From Dicyema japonicum (taxonomy: Eukaryota; Animalia; Dicyemida), in assembly GCA_011109175.1 (NCBI GenBank), contig RDEW01000006.1:1113989-1177988 (forward strand): a stretch of 64,000 bases of DNA, read 5' to 3'. Below, piece by piece: positions 1 to 13,282 of the stretch. Below the pieces are notes generated by a model. That model worked only from the letters and a program-made list of their open reading frames with translations, made no database searches and had not been told where the DNA came from. Positions within the stretch are counted from its first letter, which is position 1; each line of letters opens with the position of its first letter. The position numbers and the translations under genes were made by a program.

Positions 1-218
1 AGTGGTGACTTTTTGAGGACATTGTATTTATAATGTAAAACAGATTAAATAGTAATGAACAGCCCACAATAGTATAGCTCTAATCAAGTATCAAGATAAC
101 TATTATAAAATCATAAACCACCCTAAGTATTAGCCCACGTGCATGGGGAACCCCTAACAGTAACATTAATATATTAAGTAACGTGAAAATGTGTTAAATA
201 GAATTAGTGAATTACTGA

Positions 219-1804
219 TTATTTAGTTATCGAGGACATGAATTTGTCAGATGAAATTGACTTTGGTCTTTCAATTGGGAATCCAAATGCTCTAGACCAC
301 ACCAATTGTGCCATAACACCCATAGCACGTGACACACCAAACAGAACTGTATAAAAGTAATTTTCAGTCATTCCAAAATGTTGTAACAAACATCCACTAT
401 GGGAGTCCACATTGGGGTATGGATTGCTCACTTTCCCAGTCTCCAACAAAATCCCGGGTACAACACGGTGCAGCTGGGCTACTAAGTCGATCAACGAGTC
501 ATTCTTAATATTCGCCTTAGCAAAATCTTGGAAAGCAGTGAATCTGGGATCTGTTTTCCTAAGGACTGCGTGGCCATATCCAGGAACCACCTAAGGATCT
601 AATCACCCATATACCTGTCCCTTAGCAAGAGTGTTCCTTATAAACTGACTCAATTCGTTGTCAGAAACACACTCCTTATCCAGTTCAGCCCTCACTCTAA
701 AGAGATAAGACAACACCTCCTGCAAATAAAACCACTAACTACCTGACAAGCCATTCCATGCAAGGGACCAGCCAAACCATTCATAGAAGCTCCAAAACAC
801 AGAAAAGGGTCAGACAGGGCACTCCCCACAAGATGGCATGTATGTGCACTTACATTGCCTCCCTCGTGATCACTAAATAATTAATTTAAATAAACCAGTG
901 CAATGTGAGGTACAGTCTCAACATGTCTACGAATGACTGATTGGAGTACCCCATCATATCCGCAAAGTTGCCTGTCCAGTCTCCGTTTTTCCGTTTCTGG
1001 TCAACGGAGGAGCCATCTCTATACAGATTCCTGTAGATAATAGCTGCCACTGTGGGTGCCTTGGCGACGACGCTAATGGTGTCCTCTAATACGTACTAAA
1101 CCTCATATCAGTGAAATAACCTTCCAGTATTCCGTTTTCGGAATCCCCCTCATGTAAGCTTGAGCGAATTCACTCTGTTCACTCAAGGCAGTCATTGCTG
1201 CACTGAACTGAGCCATTGGATGCACCGACGATGGCATGGCCTTCAGCATTTTTACGACAAAGTCTGGGACCTCGCATTTGTCCACTAATTCCTTAAAATA
1301 ATCTTGATTTAGTAAAACCATGGAGAGGCTATCCACTTGGGACCGTGTAGGGATCTTTCCAGTAGCCAGAAGCCAAAAGATACCCTCTGGTTGTACTTGT
1401 GTTCCGTTTGCACTGGTTGGTAGAAATTTGAGGACCTCATTAATGCTATAGCCTCGAAATCTGATCCCCTCGTTCGGGTCGAGCACTGAGGTCTCACAGA
1501 TTAGACCCAAAATCCCTTTCATTCCGCCATAAACCTTGGATTGTCAGTTTCAAGCCTACTTGGTCCACAGTTACCTTCCCCACTTCCGTGTTCCCGTACT
1601 CCTTCCTAAATTTGGCTACCCTTTCCTTCTCAGATTGGATGGAGATGGCCATAGTGTCTCTGAACTCCTAAGAATTATAAAATTGATGACTTCACAGACT
1701 GAAGAAAGATTCCTGACTCCAAACTGTGCACATTTCAGCTAAAACTGATCATTTAACCTCACTCTAAAAGATGGAGCAATTCTTGATACAACGAGCATAG
1801 GCAT
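219..1804 (-). CDS. CS: Mitochondrial citrate synthase, multi-exon
   Basis: Spliced product contains [74 protein letters not shown] and IERPKS. ATG at 1804, stop at 219. Introns include 1739-1762 (24 nt) and 1535-1559 (25 nt), both GT..AG. Confidence 0.95.
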
Positions 1805-2206
1805 AATTCGTGCTGTTTTGATTAATTACAAATTTGTTAAGATATTTTTATATAAATATTAATAAAAATATTAATTTATTATTTTATTTGATAGTTTTCA
1901 CCATAAATTAATTTTTACCTCTAAAATACGTCATCAATTAATTTTCCTCACATTATGATCCCCTATTGTTATAATATTCAATAAATTTGTCAAATAAAGC
2001 TTACTTTTCTGTTTTAATTCTTTTAGTCAATGTATTTAAGTTATATTTTATTTCTGTAATTTTTGTGTTGTATAATAGTCGTTAGGTAGTTTATTAATCA
2101 GTCATTAAGTTTTTGTGGTTATCTTTATTCTACTAACTGATAAATAAAATAATAGTAACATAACCCATAGAACACTGATAAATAAAATAATAGTAACCTA
2201 CTAGTT

Positions 2207-3715
2207 CAGGGGTCGGCAACTGTGGCTCTTGTGTAGACGACATCATCACAGGATCAATACGTTCAGGCAGCCACGGAAAGAGTACAACGTCGCCTGAAAA
2301 GTTTACTTGTTGCTCCTGGACGAAAATCGACTGACAATTAGCCATGAGAAATCCTTATTCACACAAGAAAATGTCAAATAGAAGTGGTTTGGTATATAGT
2401 AGAGATGGAAATCCAGATTCACATAGCCAAGTTGTTGCAAATGGAACCAGAACTACCTGTGCTTTTTATGCAAGGGTCGGAAAACCAAATTGCAAATCGC
2501 ACCAAAAAAACTCCAAAGAATTTGAGTCGTATAACATTTTCATTGTAAATGAGTGCATTTCAATCAAATTTTCTTTAATCTCTTTTCTATCCTCCATCTT
2601 TTCTATTTTGAAAGCGAGTGGGTTAACAATCCAGGTATCAGAATCTTTAATATATCCGATTGAGAAATAGTCAACAAATAATAGTTTCTAACATTCAGAA
2701 TGACTGCTGATTTTTTTAATATTTTTATATAAAGTTGAGTTGAATTCAATAGCAATTTCCAAAATTATTGTCTTAATACGTCGAGTCGACAATAACAGTT
2801 TATTCCTGAAGGCACGTAGATTGTCAGAACCATTTATAATGCTCATCCATTTCCCTTGAATTGAAAGATTCAAATGGTTAAGATGATTAAATATGTCAGC
2901 CAATTATGCCACAAAAATTAGAGATTTGAAACAATCAAATAGTTCAGAGTTTTTTTCAAATAAAAATTGTTCGATTTCACGTCTGAGAATAAAAAATCTT
3001 GTTAAAAACAGCCATCTAGCATCAGTATGATACAAGAGAACAGTGGCGTCAGCATCATAATCAGTACACAATGCTTTGAACAATCTATGATTCAAAGTCC
3101 TTCCTCGAATAAAATTTACCATTTTGACACACGAATTCAAGACATCTTTTAACTTCATAGGCAGAGACTTAGATACGAGTGCATGTCGATGAAGGATACA
3201 GTGAGTGAATGTTACATCTGGAACATGTTTTCTTAAAAGGGCTGCAAACTCCGACCTGTTCCCCAGCATAATTGAAACATCGTCCGTGCAAATTGACTTG
3301 ATAATTTCCAATGAACTATCGTGTTCATTAAAGAAAGTCTCGATTATTAGAAAAACATTTTTTGCACAGCCTTCTGTTTCGAGAGGTTTACAAAAAAGAA
3401 ACTCTTCGGCAATTAATTTTTCTTGTACATAACGAACGAAGTAAATTAGTTGACTGCAATTATCAACACCGGTAGATTCATCCAACTGGATTGAAATCTT
3501 GATGCAAGAATTCTTATATCCGAAACAACTTGTTTAAGAACATCATCGGTGATACAATTAATTCGATCCCGGATATAACTATTAGATAAAAGAATCTGCT
3601 GCAGTTTTTGAGAGCGTCTGGACCCAGAACTGTTTTCACAATTTCCAATGCACACGGCTTAATAAGAGTCTCCGCAATAGTATGTTGCTTCTTTGATTTC
3701 GCAGCTTCATAGTCA
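2207..3715 (-). mobile_element. Buster/Charlie-type hAT transposon, 5'-truncated, frameshifted transposase (ZBED5/SCAND3-like)
   Basis: Fragments HTIAETLIKPC, DESTG, EEFLFCKPL, HCILHRHAL, LLYHTDARW, DIFNHLNHLNLSIQG. Terminus CAGGGGTCGGCAAC at 2207 is preceded by TACTAGTT, matching the Buster NNNTANNN target. Confidence 0.85.
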
Positions 3716-4333
3716 TGTTTTGTTCGCTCATATATATTAGTTTGTTGTGTTTGATTGCCAAATGCGACTCCAGCGTATCCAACTAAATGCATCAAACACT
3801 CGATAACTGCTCCAAATAAATAGCGTATCCTAAGTCCATGTTCATTTGATTTTATGTCAGTTACACGATTTCGTATTACCCAATTAAAAGATGAAGGATA
3901 TCTTTTTCCATTTGCAGGCGTTGTATAATCTTCAAGTAATTCATCTTCGTATGTATTCTGAGTATTATATAAATCAAATTTGTTTGGTTTGATAAATTCT
4001 CTTCTTGTCTACAAAATATATTGTGAATTAACCATGTCAGCAAACTGATTAATTCCCAGTTCATAGGTAAATTTTCCTTGATTAAAAAGTAAATTGTGTT
4101 TTTCAATAATTCTTAAGTTTTCAGTGAAAATAGCCTTTCTAACTTGGAATATGATTTATCTGTAAAAAGTTAAAATAAATTTAACTATATTTTTCCATGT
4201 AATTATTCCATTGGATTTTATAATATTCGTCGACTTTAATCGAATGATTGTTTGATTCGTATTTGAAATGAATTTTAGATGAAATAAAATAATTTAAAAA
4301 TAAACGTAAAACAAGGACAATTAGGCCGATCAT
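3712..4333 (-). pseudogene. Cathepsin-L-like (papain family) pseudogene: signal peptide, I29 propeptide and start of mature domain, truncated by the hAT element
   Basis: Spliced: MIGLIVLVL..QWNNYMEKYNKSY [frameshift near 4140] RKAIFTENLRIIEKHN..YELGINQFADMTRREF..YPSSFNW..VTDIK..YLFGA|LDTLESHLAIKHNKLIYMSEQNM. The ERFNIN/GNFD propeptide motifs and an LSEQNL-like motif are visible. Confidence 0.75.
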
Positions 4334-4579
4334 TTTAATTAATTCTGTCTATTTTTTATTTAAATGTTTTTCAAATATTAATATATAATATATTTTACGA
4401 ATATTAATATATTTATAACTATGGAGCATCCAAGGCGACAAGAGAGGAAAGTGAGTAACCATATTTTCAAATTGTAGAAAGGATTTTCCTGCTGAAAAAG
4501 TGTCTCGATGTTCGGTCAAAAGGTTTGTTGATACCAAAAGATGCAACAATTGTTCTTTTCGGAGGTTCATTGATATTAA

Positions 4580-7573
4580 ATATTATTATTACAGCACTTA
4601 TCGCCTTGCCATAATAGTTATAGCAAAGCATGTGCAATACAAGAACAATGTTATTAGTTAGCCTCTTCCATCCTCCACGGTTACACGCAGTCGATCTCAG
4701 CATGTCCAGATCGTCTCCCGTCTTTAGGCATTTCTTCATTCTTTGGAGGTCTTTGTGCAGCATGATAGGTAGGGTCATCCTTGGTCTGCCACGGAAGCAT
4801 TTGCCCTCGAACATGAAATGGTCCTCCATCGCCACATTAGCCGGGGCAGCAAGATCCATGCGTAGTACGTGACCAAACAGTCTCCACCGGGCGTCAGTGA
4901 TTTCCAGGCTTAGAGGCCTACTCTTGCATTTTTTGTAAATACCGGTATTCGAGATTCTGGCTGGCCACTGCATGCCAAATAATACTCTAAGCTGTTTTCT
5001 GTGGAACCCATCGAGAGCCATTGATTCCGCACCTGTACAGGCCCAAGTACCAGCATTGTATGTCAGTATCGGTTTCACAAATGCATTGTACATGCGTATC
5101 CGCAGATTGACATCTAGTCCTTTCAGCCATCCCTTTTTGAGTTTTCGCATTGCTACTCCTGCAAGTGTTTTCCTTTTGATGATGTCTTCTGTGTCCCCCA
5201 GTAGGGATCCAAGCTTATTAACATGTCGCCAACGTTCATTAAGGATGTTGTCCATTCTTTTGATTTCCGTGATTTCCGTTTTGGCCCGGTTAACGATGAG
5301 GAACCATTCCCCCAGTTTGTCCGGTGCATTTTCCAGCAGATGTGTGAGAGCTTCTGTATCCTCGGATATAAAATCCACATCATCCGCGTATACGACTTCG
5401 TTTATTTTTCCTTCATAGCAAGTTCTTAGATCCTTTAGTGCAGCTTCGAGATATATCACAAATAGTAAGGGGGAGAGGGAGTCTCCCTGAGGAGTGCCGA
5501 TTGTAGTTTTGAATGGTCGGGATAGAGTTCTCCCAATTCGGACTGACAGTTCAGTACTTGAGAGAAGTACTCTGATTATCCGTAGCAATGATTGGTCCAC
5601 AAATTGATGAAGGACAACCATTAGCTTGTGTCGGCTAATGGTGTCGAAAGCTCTTGACATATCGATCCCAGGATGGTCGTGGCATTTTTGTATCTTTGAG
5701 CCGTTGCACACCGCCACCTGTGGCTCCACAGAATGTCCGCTGTCGACCTTCCTTCACGAAATCCACTATGGCATGCTGATAGGTAATTTCCTGCAGGATG
5801 TTTTAAGCGGTCCAAAGCAACAGATGCAAGAACTTTTCGTAATGTGTTTAACAATATGACTGGGCGTAGGCTTTCTAGTGGTCCCTTTGGTTTGTTAGGC
5901 TTTTGTATAGGTATCAATGTCCCTTTCCCCAGTGGTAGGACAGAGTTGGATGTAAACATTCCATTTAACAATGTCGCAATGGTTTCGAATAGACGCATAG
6001 GTCCATATTTCAGCAGTTCGGGAGGGATGTTGTCTGGTCCAGCGCTCCTGTGATTCTTTAGCTTACTGCACGCACTCTGAACTTCCTTAGATGTGATAAT
6101 TGTTTCCAGCATCCGCGGTTCTCCGATGAAAGGGGCCAGTTCTTGGCCGTTCGCATTGAACAGTTTTTCAAAATGGGCAGCAATCAATTCGATCTGTTCG
6201 TCTGGTTTTAAGATAAGTTTCCCCTTCCCATCCATAACATGTACTGTCGCTTTTTTCTTTCCTCGCATTAGTCGGACTGCAGCGAACATTTGTGCATTGT
6301 CCTTTAGTTGCTCCAGCTCTCTAAGATGTGATAGGAAGACATCCTTCGAGTGTTCATTATTAAGCTTCATGATTCTTCTCTTGATAATATTTCGTTCAGT
6401 TCGTAGTTTGTTTTTGATATGTATATCCGTCGTGTTTAGACTCTGTATCCATATTTCTCGTTGTTGTTTTGCCAGTAATAAGGAGTCTGGATGGCCAAGT
6501 GACATATTTCCGGTTGTCTGCCGTCTCACTCCAAGGTGGGTGTTTGCGGCAAGGCAAATAATGCTTTTGGTCTGATCCCATAGGTCTTGTATAGTCATAT
6601 TAGCTGGTAATGTATATAGGTGGTTCTCTATATGTTTTTGGTAGTTTGTCACCAGCAGCGGCTGAGACCAGAGCTTCTCAGTCATATATACATGGGTATG
6701 GTAAGGTGGTAGCGTTTTGCTTAGACTCAGGTTCTTCCTGCCAATGTAGTATTTCTTCAAGGAGAACTTGCCAATAACCATTTTATGGTCACTATTTATC
6801 ATCGACCCTCCATAAGAACGGGCATCATTCAGTAGGTGTTTGTCCTTGGTCCGACAAATGATGTAATCAATTTGATTATAAATATTGACACTTTTGTTTT
6901 CCGAGTTCGTTCTATGGCCAGTCCATGTGCTCCTGTGGCGAGCTGGGTGCATAAAGGCAGTGTTTCCTATGAAAAGATCATTCGCTTGACAGAAATTGGC
7001 CAGTAGTGTTCCCGGGGTGTTTCTCCACCCCCGTCCATGCCTGCCGATGAACGATTCCTCTCCACTGCGTCGCATCCCAACTTTAGCGTTAAAGTCCCCG
7101 GCAATAAATATCAACGACGAAGATTCGTATTCCGAGTACGTCCTCAATAGTTGACAGTAGAAGTCATCCAGTTCCTCAGGATTTTTCAAAAATCTGCCAC
7201 TATGTGGAGCATACACGTTAATGACTGTCATGTAGCTTTTGGAAGGGCACATGTCATTCATCCTAATTTGCAGAACACTAATCCTGTCGTTGACTTTCCA
7301 AAATTGATGTATCCGTGGTACAAGATGTTCATGGACTGCGAAACCTTGTCCGTAATGTTTAGACTCACTAGGGAAGAGAATAAGTTTATAGGTTCCATAG
7401 TGTTCACAGCATCCATCAGAGACCTTCGTTTCTTGCAGACATCCGATAGAGACGCGGTACTTGTCTAAATCATCGCACAGTGTTTTCCTCATCCATGTCT
7501 TCGAGATCCCCCTGACATTAAACGAGAGTAGGTTGAGGCCATCCCATTGAATCTTGTATTTTTCAGACTGCAT
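4580..7573 (-). mobile_element. Near-full-length RTE-clade non-LTR retrotransposon (APE + RT), one frameshift
   Basis: APE motifs SFNVRG, LQET, NVYAP, GDFNA, QIDYI, SDH. RT motifs PQGDSLSP, YADD. RTE C-terminus GRPRMTL..NRGGW and a (TAA)n 3' tail near 4581. A 1-nt loss at ~5668 (CTG GG ATC GAT) separates the two ORFs. Confidence 0.93.
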
Positions 7574-8320
7574 TAAAGAGCCACGTCACTAACTCAACCA
7601 CTCAATATATTAAATATGTCATAAATAAATTGAGTCAGTTTGATAGATGTGTTGTAGTCGAATGAAAAATACGAAATCATGTTGGATTCGGCAAATGACA
7701 GGTACGGGTTTGACAAAAATAGTAGAATTCTGTAACAATCTTCGAGACAACAGACAAAGTGGAAATAGAACGATTAGAAGAATGATCAGAAGGGTGGCGG
7801 TTAGGCTTAATTAGGAATGATTGTGGATTTCTTCCAGAGCATAGATCCGTGAATAATTAATTTTTCGATTAAATCGGTTAAAGGAAAAAACTAATTAGGT
7901 ACTAGATTTATAAGATGATGTACAGACAACCCCTTTTGTATTAGAGTTGGCAAAAGGTTAAGTAATTAGGGATTTTGGAATAATGAAAAGATTGATTTCT
8001 GAGCATGCGGTCTGATTAGAGCGGAAGTCCTTTGGGGTGGCTTATCTACATATAATGACCACAAAAACCTTAGAAATCGTCCTAGATACGAGATAACTGG
8101 AGAGCCATCCAGGATTTTCGTCTACGTCCAATAGGATATCCTCTATGTCGATATGGATCACTTTGTTAGAAACTTTTTTTTGCCCTTTAACCAGATCATC
8201 ATGGGTGATAATAAATAGACACCAATAGTCAGTGCTAATCTCTGCATCCTCAAATTATTACATTTAAAGTTTTATTTTTTAAAATACTAAATGGATGTGA
8301 TATGGGATGTTTGGTCTTGG

Positions 8321-8726
8321 GGGTCATGGGCATATCGTGCCCTTCTGGCTGAACGTTACGTATGATGACATCGGATCTTGAAATTATCAGAGAAGCTAAA
8401 TTCTTGTCAAACAGATCCCACCCGTAAGGCGATGAGTCCTTCTAGCACGACACAGTAGTTGAAAGGGATCTTCCTACCATCTCCCTGACCAAATACTCTG
8501 GTGTAGATTACATTATGAAAACTATTCCGACGAAGAATGAAGTGATATCCGCGACAGTAGGACGTGTGATGAAAATGGAAGATGGTGGACCTACTTCTCT
8601 ACCTCTCTTCTGAAACGGAACCCTGCGATGTACTATTGGAGATAGATTTGGTCGGTTAAGCAGATGTTCTCCTTTGTGTTCCTCCCTTGGGTTAATAAAT
8701 TTTGACAGTTTGTGCTGGGCTTACCA
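8321..8726 (+). repeat. ~400-bp SINE-like repeat, copy 1 (copy 2 at 29893-30325)
   Basis: Colinear high similarity with 29893-30325. Ends in a TTGTGTTCCTCCCTTGGGTTAATAAA tail resembling the Vingi-like 3' tails at 50905-50935 and 55558-55590. Confidence 0.8.
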
Positions 8727-9149
8727 AAAATAACAACAATGGGCATTATTATTAAAAAGCACTTTCACATAACTAAAGAACGTTATATCAACTAAGGTCC
8801 CGTTTGTGCCACACGTTTCGTAATTTGTTTCACGTCTCCGTCGCCCTCTGCTTTGGGCATCTGTTCGTAGATAGGTTTTCTGCAGATTTAAGTTTTCTTC
8901 CAATTCCATAGAGATTCTTGTTTAGAGCCACAGGGTGGGAAGCCGATGAGGACACCCTGTACTGCTCTTCACTATGGCATCTGCTCATGAGAAGTTTTGA
9001 AGAAATCTAAAAAGGATTTTTATAGAGTGAGGTGTTTGGTAGGTTGTCTAGGAATTTTCTTTATTATTGAAATATAATTGCTTTAATAAACTTGAAATTG
9101 TATCCGATTACTCTGCTTCATGGATGGGTTTTCTGCATTAAACTCTTCT

Positions 9150-9470
9150 TTATTTTTATAGTGCACAGTGCATATCTAACAAACACCGATGTACTCAAAC
9201 AGGTGGAGACGGACATTTCGCTAAAAAGAAGAATCGTAAAACACATATTGGCGTTCTTTGGGCATGTTGTCTGCTCTGACTCCCTGGAAAGAACCATTAT
9301 GCTGAACAATATTACTGGGAAGAGAAGACCTGGTCGACCGAGGACTCGGTGGCTATCCACAGTAAAGACGTAACGGGAATGCCTATATCAAGGCTACTCC
9401 AAATTGCGACGGATCGGGGAGAGTGGAGGAAACTTGTTCATGAGATCTCTAAGGGTCGGACACGATTTAC
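9150..9470 (+). mobile_element. RTE (BovB-like) 3'-end fragment
   Basis: TNTDVLKQV..LAFFGHVV..LERTIM..ITGKRRPGRPRTRWL..DRGEWRKLV. Confidence 0.8.
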
Positions 9471-10814
9471 TTAGATAACACAACATACAATAATTCTGTG
9501 AGCAGATGCATCAAAGTATTTCTGATGACATTGAAACCACTTTGGTTCGGCGAATAAAAAAATCTGTGTTTTTTGCGCTTCAAGTGGATGAAAGCTGAGT
9601 CCTTGTTTTCGTTCGATATATGAATGATGAATCCATTGTTGAAGATTTTCTTTGCTGCAAAGAGTTGCTCGGAACAACAAAGAGATATGACATCTTCAAT
9701 CTTATAAATTCATATTTGAGGATACAAGTTGGATTGGAATGCATGTGTGGGTATCTTCACTGATGGTGCTCCAGCAATGACTGGGCAATTTAAAGGGTTT
9801 GTTTCTATTGCGAAAAATAAGAATCCGAACATTATTTACACGCATTGTTTTTTTCATCGCGAGGCATTGGTCGTAAAAACTATTGGGCATCAAAATGAGG
9901 CCGTTGAAGTTGCGACAGTTCTCGAAAAGTTGTGAAAATGCATTCAGTTTTGATTTTGCATACTGAAGTAGGATGGCTCTCAAAGGGAAACATGTTAATT
10001 CGTTTCTATGAACTAAGACAAGAATTGTTGGCTTTTTGTATACAAGAGAAGTTGGATGACTTTATTGAATGCCTCAATTATGAATGTTGGTGTTGCAAAT
10101 TAGCATACCTCGACGATATTTTTTATGAACTCAATGTTCTCAATAGCAGCATGAAAGGAAAAAATGAAAATCTATTGAGTTACGCGGACAAAATAGCTGC
10201 TTTTCTGAAAAACTACAAATATGAAAACGACATGGAATCTTGGAAATGTTTCCTCATGTGCAAGAAAGAAATTTACAAAGAAATTGTTCCAAAAATTGTA
10301 GATCATTTGGACTATTTACATGTACGAATAATTATTTTCCATCCATATCAGTTGAACTCTATGATTGGGTGGGGAATCCTTTTGCTGAGTACGAAATTAC
10401 TGGAAACGTGCTATCATTAAAAGAGGAAAAACTTGCGTTTTCAATTGACATAATGTTAAAAATGGAATATTTACAGCTTGATATTGATTCGTTTTGGCTG
10501 ATTGCAAAAAAAGAATATCCTATTCTGGCAAACAAAGCTTTAAGAGTTTTGGTCCAGTTTTCAACGACTTATCTCTGTGAAAGTAGATTTTCTGCATTAA
10601 CAAACATAAAACATAAAAATGCGCGAATTTACTGTATGTGAAAGAAGACCTGTGTTTATCCCTGTCAAAGACACGGCCAAATATTAAAGAGCTATGCAAG
10701 AGACATCAGCCCCAACCATCTCACTAACTAGCATTTTTTTATATTAGTAAAATACTGATAATTGTTAAAAACTAAATAAGGGTTCCGTGCTCTCAAAAAA
10801 ATTGGGAACCACTA
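9470..10814 (+). mobile_element. Buster/Charlie-type hAT transposon relic with right TIR
   Basis: TDGAPAMTG, HCFFHREAL, LHTEVGWLSKG, FSTTYLCESRFS (hATC dimerisation domain). Ends TTGGGAACCACTA (10802-10814) followed by ATCTAGGC (NNNTANNN). Confidence 0.88.
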
Positions 10815-11086
10815 ATCTAGGCTGTAGGCTTGGAGAGGAACTGCAGAGCTCTCATTTCCAGATGGATTCCAATTGGGAGGATCTTTGATTTTCAATGTAG
10901 ATGATCAATAGGGGTTGATCTGAGACATCCAGTGATTGTTCTGAGCGCGGTGATACAGGAGATTTTTCAAAGAAATAAGAAGATACTAAATTTGGCTCAA
11001 ATTAAATTTTAGAATATTTTAAAGTTAAATAATGAAAATGTTTTTTTAATTTTCAATAAAACATTTTTGTTTCTTTGTGGTCATTA

Positions 11087-11632
11087 ATGAGCTATGAATT
11101 TTTCGGAATTTTAAATAACCTTAGTAACGAAGAATTAAATTTAATACACGAGGACGAGTCCTTTGCCAGTGGAATAGCTCTAAAACTACCACGGGTACAA
11201 TAAAGAGTAAAATCTGATAGACTGCCGAACTAATGTCTGAATACAACAGAGTAAAGTCAGAATGCGTTCAAATAGCCTCCACAACTTTGAAAATGAAGGA
11301 GGAATACGAACGACTGAAGGAATCGATTAAAAGGGAACGTTTTGAGTTGGTCTCTCTATTGGAAGAATTCAAGCGATTGACTGTGAAAGGTGGTTTTGAT
11401 GATACAAAAAGGCTCAAATGACTCAAATTCAGCGGATTCAATTGGAGTCCAACTTCAGATTGCTGCTGTCTCAGAGGAAGAAAGGACGGAAGGGCTGGTA
11501 AATGACTTTTTTGACAGAAAACTACAAATTGATGAATTCCTGCAGAAATTCCAATCTCAGAGACAATATTATTATCAGCTCTTCTTTATGGATAAAAAAT
11601 TCAGAGATTCGACTAACTTTAATAAATTTTAA
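11087..11632 (+). CDS. VPS37: ESCRT-I subunit VPS37-like (Mod(r) domain), about 3 exons
   Basis: MSYEFFGILNNLSNEELNLIHEDE, a coiled coil, then LQIAAVSEEERTEGLVNDFFDRKLQIDEFLQKFQSQR matching Mod(r). Tiny introns near 11195 and 11389. Confidence 0.75.
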
Positions 11633-13282
11633 TATTTTTGAATTAATTTTTAATTTCATTAGTCAAGGACATGTTAGGAAGATTGGTAGATAATATATAG
11701 ACAATAATGTCCTCTCAAATATAACCTATGGTACCCTTCTTAAGGAATTTTGGAAATATTGGAAACCCAAAGTTTCGATTACGGACGCATACAATTTCTG
11801 GGTTCAAATTCCGTCTGGTGAAAATTGGGGGAATCAAGTTATGGGGGATTAAACATGTATTATGTTGTACCTAGCATATTCTAACAAATTTTAGGAGGCG
11901 ATGGGGAGAAGCCCGATGGGATGCCATTGCTTCCATACTCCTAAGGTAAATCAATGGTTTTTGATGCCACGTGTGTGGACACTTTCTGGGGCCAGATCGC
12001 TGACGTGACACATTCACCTGGAGACGCGGCAGACTAGGTGGAGTTAGGAAAAATCAGAAAGTACAAATTACTCAAATAAAAATACCATTTCGTGCTTATT
12101 GCGATGGAGACTTCCGGGGTCGTGTGAGAGATGACGGTCGCCTTCTATCCAATATCGGAGTAAGGATCGCTTCGAGGAGAACCCTACGAAGAACATTGGT
12201 TTAGACAGAGGCTCTAAATAGTAGTGATCAGAAGGAACGCATTCCTGGCCTTTTAACTAAGGGACTTTATTGTTTACAATTCTTAAAAAGTAACTTTGTG
12301 CTATTTTGGATAAATTTAAGTATTGTTTAAAAAATAAAGAAAATAGCCTTTTATATAATTTGTCAATTTTGACACAAGTCATATGCCAGGATGCCCTTAA
12401 ATACTTGCTTTCTCCCACTCTATTCCTTATGAGATTCTCCACAAGTCAAGGACTGGACATTTCATTATCTTTCCTTTGGTAGTCTATTAGTTGGAAGGAT
12501 TCGTCTCCGTGATAGTGGGAGTTGGATGCACCATTGTTAACTTCCATCTCGGGCTATCCATGGGTTGCTAAAATCTTAGAAGTTGTACGTATATTTATTC
12601 TTCTATTACCCTCAGTCTTTTAGAGTTAAGGCAGGATATATCAGTAATTGAAAGGAGACCAAGATGTGTCTTGAGGTCGTCTAGAAGACAGTGACATGTA
12701 GTCTTGTAGAATCGTATGATGACCACAGATGAGGTGAACTCAATGGACACGAACTTTGCCTCCATCAATGACCTCAAGAAACTTTACAAACTAAGTCTTT
12801 TTATGGAATTAGTATAAATCGTGGATCGTTTTGATGCTTGGCTTCGTTTCGGGGATGGTTTGAAGAATTCAAAATTTACCCGGAGTTTTACATATGCTAG
12901 GGATCGTAGTTGAAGTAGCCTTTGACTGGGAGAATTTTTGATTCTTAATGTAGATGGTCAATTTGAGATGTTTTAGAGAGAATTGTTCTTAGGTTCGTTA
13001 TTGATAAACAGGAACCTTGGGAAAAAGCATAATTCATAATTGTGATAAATTGCTTGTAGATAGTTAAGATCCCCTTGCTTCTGGTTAGTCGGTAAGCTTG
13101 ATGGATGTGTTTAATAAGTCGGAGAAAGAGAACATAATCTTGAGTAAATCCATTAGGTAGGTGTGTAGACATAATAGATGGGCAGAGTAGCCATAAAAGA
13201 CAAGTGAAATAAACATAAATCTACAATAAAGACACCACGTGACAAATCGTTAAATGAAAAACCAATGATTAGAAAATGTTAA

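Noticed and set aside
5621-5729. Programmed ribosomal frameshift in the RTE ORF
   Set aside because: RTE elements normally encode APE and RT in one ORF, there is no slippery heptamer, and a 1-nt deletion explains it.
4630-7468. Plus-strand ORFs over the RTE element (and similar antisense ORFs such as 14781-15374)
   Set aside because: Antisense shadows of retroelement ORFs with no recognisable motifs.
11880-12060. Additional ribozyme copy (GTGGCATCAAAAACC)
   Set aside because: Superficial match only; P2/P3/P4 cannot be formed. More likely the decayed 3' coding end of a LINE.
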